Assembly: GCA_034780895.1 (NCBI GenBank)
Contig: JAUZTB010000064.1
Coordinates: forward strand, 119,291,215-119,355,214
Length of the DNA stretch: 64,000 nt
Source: Rhynchobatus australiae
Taxonomy: Eukaryota
Direction of reading: 5' to 3'
In this document: in pieces, positions 11,865 through 24,069 of the stretch
Position numbering within the stretch: the stretch's first letter is position 1
Layout of the letters: every line of letters begins with the position of its first letter
Translations under genes and position numbers: made by a program
The notes under the pieces: model-generated
What the model was told of the DNA's origin: nothing
Databases searched by the model: none
What the model saw: only the letters and a program-made list of their open reading frames with translations

Positions 11865-12420
11865 TCTTGTACACTTTTATCAGATTCCCTCTCAATCTTC
11901 TCTGCTCCAAGGAGAACAATCTCAGCTTTACTAGTCTAACCTTGTTGTGAAGTTCCCCCATCTTTGAAACTTTTCTGGCTAATCTTCTCTACATCCTTTC
12001 TAAGACCTTTGCTTCCTTCCTAATGTGTGGTGACCAGAATTGGACACATACTCCCTTCTGGTCTTATCAATGTTTTATAAACATAACCTTCCTGCTATTG
12101 TACTTAATGCCTCTATTTCTGAAGACCAGGATCCTATATATTTTAACTCTGTTCTAATAACTTTGAAAGATTTCTGCACATGTACATCCAGATACCTCGG
12201 TTCTTGCACAACCTTTGGAATGTGCCATTTTCTCTCCATTGTCTGACTGTTCCTCTTGCCACAAGGTATCATTTCACACCTCACTATATGAGATATCATC
12301 CTGTCACTTAACTTCCCATTTTGCCAACCTATCATATCTTTTTGCAGACTATAACATCCTCCTCACAGTTATTAGCTGCAAATATTGAAAATTTAGCCTG
12401 CATTCCCATAACCAAATTAA
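11865..12420 (-). mobile_element. CR1 RT C-terminal fragment
   Basis: Minus ORF 12075..12335 VQEPRYLDVHVQKSFKV; tgtggtgaccagaattggacacatactcc corresponds to EYVSNSGHH/YCVQFWSPH on minus. Confidence 0.7.
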
Positions 12421-13899
12421 TCTTGTATAAAATAAATAAAACCCCCAAAGGTGCTAGTACTGATCAAGTGCTAAAACTGTGGACATTGTGCAGCTCCTAT
12501 TGGTTGAGGATCACTGAGCTGTCTGTGAGACACTGTCTGAGAAGAGCTTTCTTTGCAGTTTTTTGACACCTTCAACATTGGCTTTCTTGTACAATGTTTT
12601 TATTGCCTGTTTTATTTAGAGGCGAGGTTGATGGAAATAACAGAGTAGTTCAGGTGGTGTTCAGTCCAACAGTAATCTTTATCTGTCAATACAAGAGTAT
12701 TGCTGAATTCCTTGCAGTGTCTTGTTTGGACAATGACATAATCTAACATGTGTATGTGCCTGGCTGCAATGAGGTCTTGTACTTAACCCTCTGATGAAGC
12801 AGGATGTTGGTTATTAGGAATGTATTTCATGCATTTTCAGTCATAAAAGGCAGCGCAGGAGACAGAAGCCTTGTAGAGTTAGGAACAGTGTAAGAGCCAG
12901 AAGCCCCATAGGTTTAGGAAGAGCTTTGTGGACAGAGGGCCTCTAAATTTACAAACAGGGCACTGGACAGCAGCCCTTGGATGTAAAGGCTGCCATGGTA
13001 GCAAATGAATTCACATCCTGTGGTTTCTTGCCTGAGCACCAGCAGACTATGATCTGCCAACACCAGGCAGCACTAATTCATCCCCACCATCCCCTTCCCA
13101 ATTCCTCCCTCCATTCACTAACACCTCACTGACAACAGCTAACAGAAGCACACCATGTTTCACATGTCCACTTCCTTGACCAGCTGTCTTCCTTGAGTTC
13201 ATAACTGCAGTAGTGCAGCCAATGAATGATTTTTACGCAACACCAGTCACATCAATTTCTCCTCATTAACCCGTGAACCCGTGTCAATTTCCAAAATGGA
13301 TAGTTAACCACTGTTTTTTCTTTTGGATTTACAGAAGTAACAACTAATACTAAACTTCTTTGAAAATATAAAATATCCCAAATTGATAAAGGGGAAGAAA
13401 AAGATGAGCCCCTCATCTTTGAAAGAAGGTGATGTAAAGAATAGTCTTGGAACACGCACCATGCAATGCTCTTTGATTTGTGTTAAATGTCATGCATTTA
13501 GTCGGCATAAGCACTTAAGACCATCAAATATCAGACATCTGTATTGTCAAATTGTGGACAAAATATGCAATTTTTAAAAAATATAACTTCTATTAGTGTG
13601 CAGTTTTTAAACATGAGTTTTCTATCATCAAAGCCAATCTTACCATTGCTTCACAATCCTTTTTACAACACTCTTTAGTCAGTTAAATATCCTGCAGTGA
13701 CTTCTGGTATACATGCCAATCCAGTATGTGCGTTGTACTATAACTTGAAAGATGATAAAATTACCTGGATGTATTTATGTTTATTACTAAATTTACAAAA
13801 TTTAACATAACAATTAAGTTATTACAAACATTAATTAAAGGGCAACTCAATCTATAAATGAAGGGAAAAAGAACTTAAAAATAACACTGCACTCTCCTA

Positions 13900-14430
13900 C
13901 TTAGACTGATAAGGATGACTTGCTTCCACTTTGTTTTTTTTGAGTTCTGAAGTGGCAAATGAGGCCATTGTGGGAGCCGCAGACTGTTCTGCGGATGGAG
14001 CAGGTGGTGGGGTAGTTTGTGACACACTTGCTCATTCCACTATGGATGAAGGGTCTCTGTGTGCTTCCAATGCATGGCCTCAAGGTTCTCAATACCATCC
14101 CAAATGTTCCTTCTCCACTTTGAGAGGTCTTGGGCCAGAGATTCCCAGGGGTCAGTGGGGATGTTGCATTTCTTCAAGGAGGCATCCTTGACTCTTTTCC
14201 TCTGAACACCCAGTACTCTCTGATGTCAGAATCAGAATAAAATGTTTGCTTTGGGAGTCTGGCATCAGCCGTGCAAATGGTGTGGCTTGCCCAACATAGC
14301 TGACTGTGTGAAACTAGGGCTTCAATGATAGGGATTTTGACCTGAGGGAGATGAGAAATTGGTGTTCTGATTTTCTAGTGATTTCGGAGGATTTTGTGAA
14401 GGAACTGTTGATGATATTTTTCCAGTGCTG
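13900..14430 (-). mobile_element. RTE-clade LINE 3' fragment
   Basis: Minus strand gives ASLKKCNIPTDPWESLAQDLSKWRRNIWDG-like sequence, typical of the RTE/BovB-group ORF C-terminus. Confidence 0.7.
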
Positions 14431-14454
14431 CCCAACAGACTATTTTCAAGGAGC

Positions 14455-15430
14455 AACAGAATCATATGACATGGAAACAGGCCTTTTGGCCCACTACACC
14501 CACATCAGCCATCAGGTACTTATCTATACATCCCAACTTTCTAGCATTCATCCTGCAGCCTTCTTTGCCTTGGCATTTCTACTGTTCATCTTAATTTGTA
14601 AATGCTGTGAGTCCTGCCTTTACTACCCCCTTAGGCAAATCCCCTACTTCTGACCTTAAACCTATGCTAAGGGGGAAAAGTTTCTCATGATAAAAGCCCT
14701 TCATAATTCTGAATATCCTAAACTAAACCTTCTCTGCTTCAAGGAGAACAACCACAGCCTATTCGGATGCAGAAATGCTCCCTCCCTCCCAGGCAAAATC
14801 CTAGTGAATCTCCTCTGCACCCTCTCCAGTGCCATCATGTCCTTATATAGTATGGCGACCGGAATTACATACATTAATTCAGCTATGTCCTACCTAATGA
14901 TTTATATTGGTGTACCATAGCCTTCCTGTTCTTGTATTTATGCCCCAGCTAATGAAGGCAAGTTTCTTGTCTGCTTAACCACCTTATCTACTGCCTGCAA
15001 GGATCTTTGGACATGTACACCAAGGTCTTTCTGTTCCTCTATACTTCCTAGGGTCCTACTACTCATTGAATATGTCCCAAACTTATTAGTCCTCCCAAAA
15101 TTCATCACCTCACAATTTTCCAGGATTAAATTCCATCTGCCATTGATCTGTCCATTTTGGCAAATCATCAATATCATTCTATAGATGAACACTACCCTCC
15201 TCACTCTCAATACCACCATCATTTTTCATTCATCTGCAGACTTTAATCATTAATCCTACATTCACATCCAGACTGCTAATGTAATAACAAACAGAAAGGA
15301 TCCCAGCAGCAATCCCTGCGGTACACCATTGGTCACAGGCTCCAATCTGGCAACCCTTGACCATCACCTTCTTCCTCTTATCATTTTGATCTAAATTTTA
15401 GATCCAACTTGCCTAATTGCTCTGGTCCAT
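14455..15430 (-). mobile_element. CR1 LINE 3' portion
   Basis: Minus ORF 14938..15222 CEVMNFGRTNK...LGSIEEQKDLGVHVQRSLQ; GVPQG-like gatccctgcggtacacc region near 15313-15327. Confidence 0.8.
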
Positions 15431-15952
15431 TGGAAAATAGAGGGTCCAGCTACTCTGAAAGGTGGAGTCTTCAGATTTGGAGCAGCCTCCAAGAGATGAT
15501 CATTCCTTCTTGAATCAATTCTCATTGCAATTGTAAATGTTGAACCCTTCACTAGATCCAGAATGGAATCTACCTATGCTCTACTTTGTTGAGCAACATC
15601 TCCTGTGCAGCCAAAGAGCTGGGGCTTCTGTTATTGTGACAGGATGAAAAAGTGCCAATTTCCTTCCAAAAGCACAACTTCATTTAAAGTTATCTACAAA
15701 GTGAAAATCTTTCAGATCTAAATTATACTCCAAGTATTACGTCATTATTTCACTCTTACTATTGGTACAGCTCTGCGGTACAGTTTTGCCCCTTATTGTT
15801 TAGCCAATCAATGGAAAAATAACCTACTACACTTCATAAACAGCAATAATCTTGAGTATCTCCACCTGTCCTCCATCTTCAATCAACAATGACTCAGAAA
15901 AGAAACAGAACTATGTTCATCAAAACACATTTTAAATATAAATGCATGATGA

Positions 15953-16088
15953 AGACACAAGAGAGACTGCAGATGCTGGAAATCTGGAACAATACACAAA
16001 ATGCTGGAGGAACTCAATGGGTCAGGCAGCATCTATGGAGGGAAATAGACAGTTGATGTTTCGGGTCAAGATCCTTCTTCAGGATTGG
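15953..16088 (-). mobile_element. PLE 3' terminus with the best-preserved hammerhead-like core
   Basis: Minus strand 16088-16050: ccaatc CTGAAGA A ggat-cttg-accc GAAAC ATC aact, followed by the common terminus. Confidence 0.7.
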
Positions 16089-16139
16089 GAATATAAAAGC
16101 ATATTTAAATAGATAAAATACGAGGCATCTATGGAAGCT

Positions 16140-16162
16140 TTAGGGTTAGGGTTAGGGTTAGG
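16140..16162 (+). repeat. Short interstitial telomeric repeat (TTAGGG)3 TTAGG
   Basis: ttagggttagggttagggttagg read directly. Confidence 0.9.
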
Positions 16163-17019
16163 TTGATGCAAGACAAACAAATGATAGCCTTCAAACAATA
16201 ACAGATTTCAGCATCTGCAGTTTTTTCTTCAAATAATAGCAGATAATTTTAATTTTGCAATTTACATCTGTAATGATGCAATGCACTAAAACAAAATATA
16301 ACGAAAAGTAATTAAAAATTTGATTTCATATTTTATAATCTGTGGGACTGTGGTTGAAGTTTTCATTTGAAAATGATGTGGGTGTTTTGTCACCACTGGA
16401 ATTTTACTGAAATGATTCCATGTTACTAATTATGCAGCCATGTTTAAACTTGTTATTCACACCTTCTTCCTTTCTCTGATCATTAAAAGCTGCTTGGAAT
16501 CTAAGGCTTGCAGAGTCACATGGTCTGTAAGTACTTAAAGATAATAGCTGCTTTGTGCTGAGCATAAAGAGGTGATTTAACTGTAGAGTTTGATGACTTC
16601 ATAAACCAGAGGAACAGAGTTCTCTAATTGTACCCCATGATTCCCTAAATGGCCCAACATGAAGGTTGAGATCAGGGTCTAAAGGAGGAAAATTGAAGGC
16701 CAGATGAGGAACATGAGGAGAAACATATGGCAAAATTTAGAACATCATTGAATATAAACAATGCTAAATCTATTTATTATATCTAAATAAATAAATTGTT
16801 AAATAAACCTTATTTGAATTAGAAGTATGCTTTGATGGAAAATGCTATGATGCAGGCTAAGAAGGGCAATATTAGTTTACTAAAGTAAACATTTCTTTAA
16901 TGGGTGTGTCAATAGAGAGGCATTCAAATAAAGTCAAAATTGCCACCAATGCTTTTTTCATTACTCAAAATGAACATCAGAAAATAGGAGCAGGAGAAGA
17001 ACAAGTAAGCCATATTTTT

Positions 17020-17358
17020 GTCATGGAGAGGTACAGCATGGAAATAAGGCCTTTGGTCCACTGGGCTTGCACTGATCATCGACCTCCTATTTCTACACTA
17101 ATACTACACTAATCCATTTTATTCTCCCTACATTCCTATCAACTTCTCCCGGCTTCTACCGGTCACCTATACACTTAGAGTGGCTAATTAACTTACCAAC
17201 CCACACATTTTCAGGATGTGGGAGGAAGCCAGAGCACTCAGAGGAAACCCACATGGTCACAGGGAGACCTTGCAAACTCCACACAGACAGCATCGGAGAT
17301 CAGGATTCAACCCAGATCATTGGACTGTGCAGCAGCAGCTCTCCCAGCTGTACCACCC
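17020..17358 (-). mobile_element. HE1/V-SINE-like tRNA-derived SINE
   Basis: Core tgtgggaggaagccagagcac...gaaacccac...caaactccacacagacagc; B-box-like ggattcaaccc on minus; CR1-like tail at 17020-17075. Confidence 0.8.
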
Positions 17359-17704
17359 GAGCATTTTGGGTAGCATTTGCCTGAATCTGGGGAAGAACCA
17401 ATTGCTCAGGATTCCTGCTCTCTAGTTGTGCTGAAAATTGCGTGTGGACTGTTCATAAAGGCAGGATTACACTCTATGGTGATTTTCTCCACATCGAAGA
17501 AGGCTGCTGAACACCAAATGCAGGATTTTAAATGCAGTGGGTATTGTGCAGAATGACTAATAACAAACTAGGTAAGGACAATAGGAAGTACATTCAGTTC
17601 AGAATGGTGAGGTGAAAAGAGATTTTNNNNNNNNNNNNTTGACTAACTTCACCTGCAACCCATCTCCTGCCAGTTCCACATTCCAGCATGTGCAGTCTCT
17701 TGTA

Positions 17705-17897
17705 CATATCACCTGCCAGTTCTTGTTCCACCCCTTCCCTCCACTTTTTACTGGCTACCTCCCCTCTATCTTTCAGTCCAGATGAAGGGCCTTCACCCGA
17801 AACATTAACTGTCCATTTCTCTCCACAGATGCTGCCTGACCTGCTGAGTTCCTCCAGTGTTTTGCTCCAGATTCCAGTATCTGCAGTCTCTCGTGTC
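17705..17897 (+). mobile_element. PLE 3' terminal repeat with hammerhead-like core
   Basis: tttcagtc CAGATGA A gggc-cttc-accc GAAAC att aactg at 17771-17811, then cagatgctgcctgacctgctgagttcctccag...ttccagtatctgcagtctc. Confidence 0.75.
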
Positions 17898-19269
17898 CTC
17901 ATCCTGACATTTCTACCCTTGAAATCTATAAAATGATTATTGGGTGGGCCCTACTAAGTGACAACAAGCTGCATCACCAGATTGCCAGCTGGGAAATGAA
18001 GACAACAATTATCTCAATGCCTGCAAGAGGAAAAGGGTGGAAAACTGGTATCTTCTCTCCCCAGCAAAAAACGATTTTATAATAAACCTCTCCCTTAAGT
18101 GAAAGGGTGGAGTGACTTTAAGTAGACACTTGGACAACTTTGCATATCGCAACATCCTCCAAACACATCCTTGCTGTTCATATCACGTTTTAAAAAGACA
18201 ACCTCATTGCAATTGTGATTTCTAAAGTGAGGAATGCAATCAGTTTTAGCCACAACTGGCTGACCTTAAGTCATTGAGGAGGTCATGAACCCCCCACGAC
18301 TGACCTTCCCGTGACTATTACTGGTCCATGTTGAGCTTTCCAGGGCAGATAAAGTGCAGCTCTGGACAGGGTTCCTGCAGCACAAAATGCAGCTCTTCTT
18401 TGAAATAAGCTTGCCTGAAAATTTCCCCTCTACTCTCACCCTCTCCTGCAGTTAATGTTTATGTTTTATTGCAACTTATTGATTGCCCCTGTTCCTCCCT
18501 CTTACAGTTTGAATTGACTAACCATTGGCCTAGTTTTTGTTTCAAAACACCAGCATAATTTTGCTGACTTCCTTTCTTTCAAACACTTGGTCCACATTCT
18601 CACTCCTAAAATATTCATTGAAAGTAAGGCCTATTTAGCCAATCATTTGCTAATGGAGCTATTTTGAATGAATGCATTGAAACTGGTCAGTTTGTAGACA
18701 GATGTCTCCGATCGAATTTGAATTAGTGATATTGATAAAATGTCACTTTGAAGATGTCAGTGTTAACTCTGCCACTGCGGGGGTGCATTATTATTGATTA
18801 ACACCAGAGTGTCACAGACACATACTTAGTTACAATTTTGATTCAAAATGAATTTTACATCCAGAGGTCAGATTAACCTTGTGATTTCTAACCTCATGAA
18901 ACAAAAAAGCACTGGTTCAGTAACCTTGTGATTGTTCATTCTTCACGTTTTCTGCTGAGAATTCACAAACTGTAAAGAGTTCTGGCATTTATGTCTAAAC
19001 ACCACATCAATAATTTATTTAAAAATATTAGTTACACTCACTCATGTTTCCTCAAACTGAATTATAAAAGTCTATTTTTAATTTGCTTTCATTTTCTTTC
19101 TTTTCACCTCTTCTTTTGCAGTATCAGTCTTGGCTGATGTTATTCAAGGTTACCACTGGCTTCCGCCTCCCTATTTTCCTAATCTCAACTCTTGATCCTG
19201 AAAGCACATTACTCTCCATATCTGAATNNNNNNNNNNNNNNNNNNNNNNNNNNNNNNNNNNNNNNNAAA

Positions 19270-19560
19270 AGAAACATTTGCACTTCTATAGTGCCTTTCT
19301 TGACCTCGGGATGTCCCAAAGCACCTATGGACAATTAAGTATTTGTGAAGTGCAGTTATTGTAGCTCAGGCTATTACTCAACCAGGACTAAAACTTGACA
19401 TTGAGTTGGATTTCTTCTTGTGGAGCCACATGGGAGGTACACCATAGGACCTGTTCCAAGGCAATCTTGTTGGAATGTAACAAAAAAGGGAGCACATGAT
19501 TTGTGTATAACAGCACCTTGCAAACAGCAATGTGATAAAGACCAGATAACCTATTTAGCC
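19270..19560 (-). mobile_element. Deu-domain SINE (SacSINE1/AmnSINE1-like) 3' part, interrupted
   Basis: ttgcacttctatagtgcctttcttgacctcgggatgtcccaaagcac (tail) and caaacagcaatgtgataaagaccagataa. Confidence 0.55.
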
Positions 19561-19561
19561 C

Positions 19562-19685
19562 AAGGTTCTGATAAAAGGTCATCAACCTGAAATGTTAATT
19601 CTGGTTCACTTTGCATAAATGCTGCCTGACTTGCTGAATGTTCATAGCATTTTTGTTTTTATTTCAAATAGCTAACATCAGGAAA
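19562..19685 (+). mobile_element. Old PLE 3' terminus
   Basis: ttctgataaaaggtcatcaacctgaaatgttaa (decayed hammerhead-like core) then atgctgcctgacttgctga. Confidence 0.55.
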
Positions 19686-19724
19686 AATTCCTCTGCAAAA
19701 CTCAGTGGTGGCTCTATATTAGGA

Positions 19725-19922
19725 CCATGCACCTTATTGTCTGCTTGTACTGCACTTTCTCTGTAACTTTAACAGTTTATTCTGCATTCTGGTATTGTTT
19801 TCCCTTGTTTCTGTTACCTCAATGCACTGTTATGATGAAATGACCTGTATGGATGGCAAGCAAAACAAAGTTTTTCACTGTACTTCAGCACATGTGACAA
19901 TAATAAACCGATTTACCAATAT
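19725..19922 (+). mobile_element. Rex1/Babar-type 3' UTR fragment
   Basis: gcaccttattgtctgcttgtactgcactttctctgtaac...tttttcactgtac...gtgacaataataaacc; same tail as 60840-61317 and reverse of 62700-62890. Confidence 0.8.
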
Positions 19923-20019
19923 TCATTTCAGCCTTTTGCTATACCGTGCAGGCATGCATGAAACAAGAATACAGCCTGGATATTTAGTGGAACTGGACTT
20001 GATGTTAGTCAGTTTATCA

Positions 20020-20328
20020 CAGAGTCATACAACATGGTAAAAGGTCTTTCAGTCCACAGTGTTTGTGCCAATCACCATTCATTTCCACAAATCCTTTACT
20101 AATGTCATTTTACTCTCCCCACATTCCCATCAATTGCTCCCAAATTCTACTCCTCACCTACACCGAGGGATTGCACATGTTTGGGATGTGGGAGGAAACT
20201 GGAGTATCCAGGAGACACCCGTGGAGTCACAAGGAGAATGAGCAAACTCCACACAGCGTTTGAGGTCAGGATTGAACGCAAGTCACTGGAGCTGTGAGGC
20301 AGGAGGTCTACTTGCTGCACTATTGTGC
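20020..20328 (-). mobile_element. HE1/V-SINE-like SINE
   Basis: tgggatgtgggaggaaactggagta...gcaaactccacacag...aggattgaac. Confidence 0.75.
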
Positions 20329-21439
20329 CAGTGTTTACATATTGAAAGAAATATGGGAAAAATTATCTGTGGTGGCTGCATTAGTGGCAGAACACTTTTG
20401 GTAAGTGTAGATTTGTTTCCAATAGTTATTGTTTGTATGCATCTGCCACCACAGTCTCTACTTCCAAATAAAGTCATGGGACATTTTCCATTTACCCAAG
20501 ATGGTAGATGGGGCCTCATTTTAGCATCTGCAGAAAGATGGCATGTCTGTCAGTATATTGTTCCCTCAGTATTGAACTGTTGTTTGAATCTAAATTTTGT
20601 GTTCAAGTCCAATTATTTAGAATTTTTCCCTTGCATTACATTTACTTCCCCTTGTTCTTCTAACCAAAATAGATCATTTTACAGTTTTCTGGATTAAATT
20701 TCATTTGCTACCTATCCATGTCTTCTTGAGGTCAATTACTATACTCTTTCACTTGACATCAGAGGTAATCAGATTTGCAGAGGTGCTGCAGTAGTTGAGA
20801 GATGTGATCACGATGAAGAGCTGAGTACTGTCTGCATACAGGTTAAAACTGTTGTGCTCAGAAGATCAGAACCTATGTTTTAGGTTACAATTATTTTTGA
20901 ATTCTTTAAGGCTTGTAAACTCACTCACTCGTGCAAAGAAAATATTTACCAAGGTTCTCCAGTTTTTCTTATGAACAACTGGAAATTGCTTTAAATTGTT
21001 TTTAGAAAGGCTGTCTCAGGATTTCCACTGCTCAATGATGATGGGTGGAGAATAACTGGAATTAGGCAGGCAGTAGGAAAATGGCGTTAGTATAGTAATA
21101 ATATGGTGTAGTAATAACATAGTTAGAACCCCAAGTATAAGCTCTAATGATGTAAAAATGAACAAGACAATCAACTATACCTGTTGCAGTCATTTGCTAA
21201 ACTTTACTGGTCACAAATCCGTATTCCTACATTCTCCAAGTCACAGTGTAAATCTTCTAAGATCCATTATGATTTGCTGGGAGCCCTCTACGGCAATTAT
21301 TAACCATTGTCTGGCATCTGACAAAACTGTTGATTACTTGTAACAGCCACATCCTGACCCCGCCAAACTCAGAATTAGACACAGCAACAATATGTGCACA
21401 TAGCATCCAGAATGTAGATAAACAATCCAAACAGCGTTG

Positions 21440-22060
21440 CAGCAGTGCCAAGAAAAGCTGGCTTTCAAGTAATGGACATATTAGGAGAAGTGACCAAAAG
21501 CTTGGTCAAAGGGGCAAGGCAGAGAGCCAGATGGCTTTATAGGGAGAAATTTCAGATCATGTGGCCTGGTGATGTGAAGGAACAGATAATATTAGGGCAA
21601 AAGGAAGGGTAGCTACAAAAGGACAGATCAGATGAATGAAGGGGTTAAGGAAAAAGGAGGTTGTAACACTGGAGGAGGTTTCAGTGAAGGAGAAGTGAGG
21701 TCGTGTTGGGGTTCAAACACAATGGTTATAATTTTAATTTGGATACGTTAGGAGACTGGGAGTCAATACAAATGACAGGGTAGGAATGGCTTGGTAGGAG
21801 ATAGGATTCATAACACGTGATGAGTGCAGTAGTGGGCCAATTGTCTCTTTGAGCCTGCGCCACCATTCAACAAGATCATAGCGGATTGGCCTCGTTCATT
21901 ACTTTCCCACTCTCTCTCTATTCCCTTCTACTCCCTTCTGGTTTAAATGTTTGTCAAACATCCAGACAATTGAGTTGAAATTTATGGAAGCTGAAGATGG
22001 GAGGTCAAGCAGAAGACCATTGGAGTAATGGAGAAAAACCAGGAAGAAAAGCATTAATGA
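21440..22060 (-). mobile_element. Old L2 LINE 3' fragment with nested CR1 tail (about 21810-21965)
   Basis: gacatattaggagaagtgaccaaaagcttggtcaaag matches the reverse of the L2-like tail at 59255-59290; purine-rich L2-type body. Confidence 0.5.
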
Positions 22061-22218
22061 AGTAAGCACTCAGGTAGCTCAGTTTTGTTGGGAAAACCAC
22101 ACAGGTACATTATGTAAGGTAAACTTAGTCAGCCATCCCACCATCCAGTCCAGCTCTTGTGATAAACCAAGTTGGCTGATTAATGCTCTGTTATCCATTC
22201 CTGCATTTCCTGGCTAGT

Positions 22219-23150
22219 GAACATAGAACAGTACAGCACAGGAACAAGCCCTTCATGCCAATCTAACTAATCCTATCTGCCTGTAATGGGTCTGCATCTG
22301 TCCATTTCCTGCCTGTTCACGTGTCTAAATGCCTCTTAAACACCACTATTGTGTCTGCTTTCACCACTTCCCCTAGAGGCACGTTCCAGGTACCTATTTC
22401 TCTGTGTAAAAAATTTACCCCTCTCCTTTACACTTCCCCCCCTCTCACCTTAAATCTATGTCCTCAAGTATATGACATTTTTAAACTGGGGAAAAGACTA
22501 TCTATCCTATCCATGCCTAAGGGAAGAGTGAAATATTTAGAACATGGAACAGTTCAGCACAGCACAGGCCCTTCGGCCCATGATGTTGTGCCAACCTATA
22601 TTTTTTTAAATTTTATTTACAGCATGATAACAGGCCCTTCCGGCCCAACGAGTCTACACCACCCATTTAAAACCCCAAAAAAACCTACCCGTATGTCTTT
22701 AGAATGTGGGAGGAAACTGGAGCATGGAGGAAACCCACGTAGACATGGGNNNNNNNNNNCTCCTTACAGGCAGCGGCAGGAATCGAACCCCGATCACTGG
22801 CGCTGTAATAGCGTTGCACTAACCGCTACGCTACCGTGCCACCCACTCTATATAAACACCTACTCCATGATCAATCCAACCCTTCTCTCCTACACAGCCC
22901 ATAATCTTCCAGCTTTCTTACATCTATGTGCCTGAGAGTATTTTAATTGTCCCTATTGTATTAGCCTCTACCACCACCCCTGGTGGTGCATTCCAGGCAC
23001 CCACCGCTCTGTGTAAAAAAAAACCTATCTCTGACATCTCCCATAAATTTTCCTTCTCTGACCTTAAACTGATACTCTTTGGTATTGGCCATTGCCGCAC
23101 TGGGGAAAAGCTGCTGGCTGTCCACTCTATCTATGCCCCTCATAATTGCT
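22219..23150 (-). mobile_element. Two adjacent CR1 3' fragments, the second interrupted by a SINE
   Basis: Two tails start gaacatagaacagtacagcacagg (22219) and gaacatggaacagttcagcacagcacagg (22540); minus ORF 22961..23143 MRGIDRVDSQQLFP is the CR1 C-terminus. Confidence 0.75.
22602..22847 (-). mobile_element. Young tRNA-derived V-SINE-like SINE with candidate 6-bp TSD
   Basis: CpG-intact head on minus ggcacggtagcgtagcggttagtgcaacgctattacagcgccagtgatcggggttcgattcc; ctatat flanks both sides (22596-22601, 22848-22853). Confidence 0.8.
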
Positions 23151-23544
23151 CACAATATAATTAGTGGAATATTGAATCTGCCACAGGTCAGCTCAATCTA
23201 CAATTGCCAACTCTGGTTACATATGCAGTAAAACTAATAACCTAACATGCTCGAGATTTTTGTCATGCCAATCAAGCAGATTTTCCAGATTATTGGATGT
23301 TACTTCTATTAATAACTTTTTAAATTCACTATTTTTTGATGTAACACAGTAACAATAATAAATTTTCCAGTAAACCAGGTAAATTGAAAGGGAAGGTGGG
23401 AACCAGGGCCCAGGTGAGTGGAAAGAAGCATGGGAACTGGGGCCCTGGTGAGTGGAATGGGAGCAGTGCAAACTAACTCAGTAAGCCAGATGTCAAACCA
23501 TCAGGATTTCCGAATAGTCCAATGGCAAATTATTTAAAAAGAAT

Positions 23545-23660
23545 AAAATTGCAGATGCTGGAATCTGAAAGAAAATTAGAAATGCTGGAAGAACTCAGCC
23601 AGTCAAGCAGCATCTGTGGAAAGAGAAACCAGTTAATGTTTCGGGTCAATGACTTTTCCA
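23545..23660 (-). mobile_element. PLE 3' terminus
   Basis: tgcagatgctggaatctgaaa...aatgctggaagaactcagccagtcaagcagcatctgtgga...aatgtttcgggtc. Confidence 0.65.
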
Positions 23661-24069
23661 CTGGAAATTGCTCCCAGTTTGTAGGTGAGTGATAAAATCT
23701 TGGGGGGGGGTGGAAAGAGAGTTAATGAGAATGTGGGGAGAATAAATAAAATCGGATTAGTAATAGGATGAGCATAGGTGGTTGTTGGTGAGACGAGGGG
23801 CCTGTTTCCATGCTGTATCTCTCTATGACATAAATCTTCAGCCTTGGAAACATCCTGGTGGACCTCCCTTGCATTCTTTCTCTCGAGCTATGACGTTCTT
23901 CCAGAACTGTGTACAACTCAAGTGTTAAAAAAGATACAGAAAATAAGCTTTTTGGTGCTCCAATTGTTTTTCTTCAGAATATTCTCGGGTTTAAATTTCA
24001 ATTCCTGAAACGTTCAACTCAATCCTCAGGGTCAACTCCAATCTGTTGAATAATTCACTTTGGAGTCAC

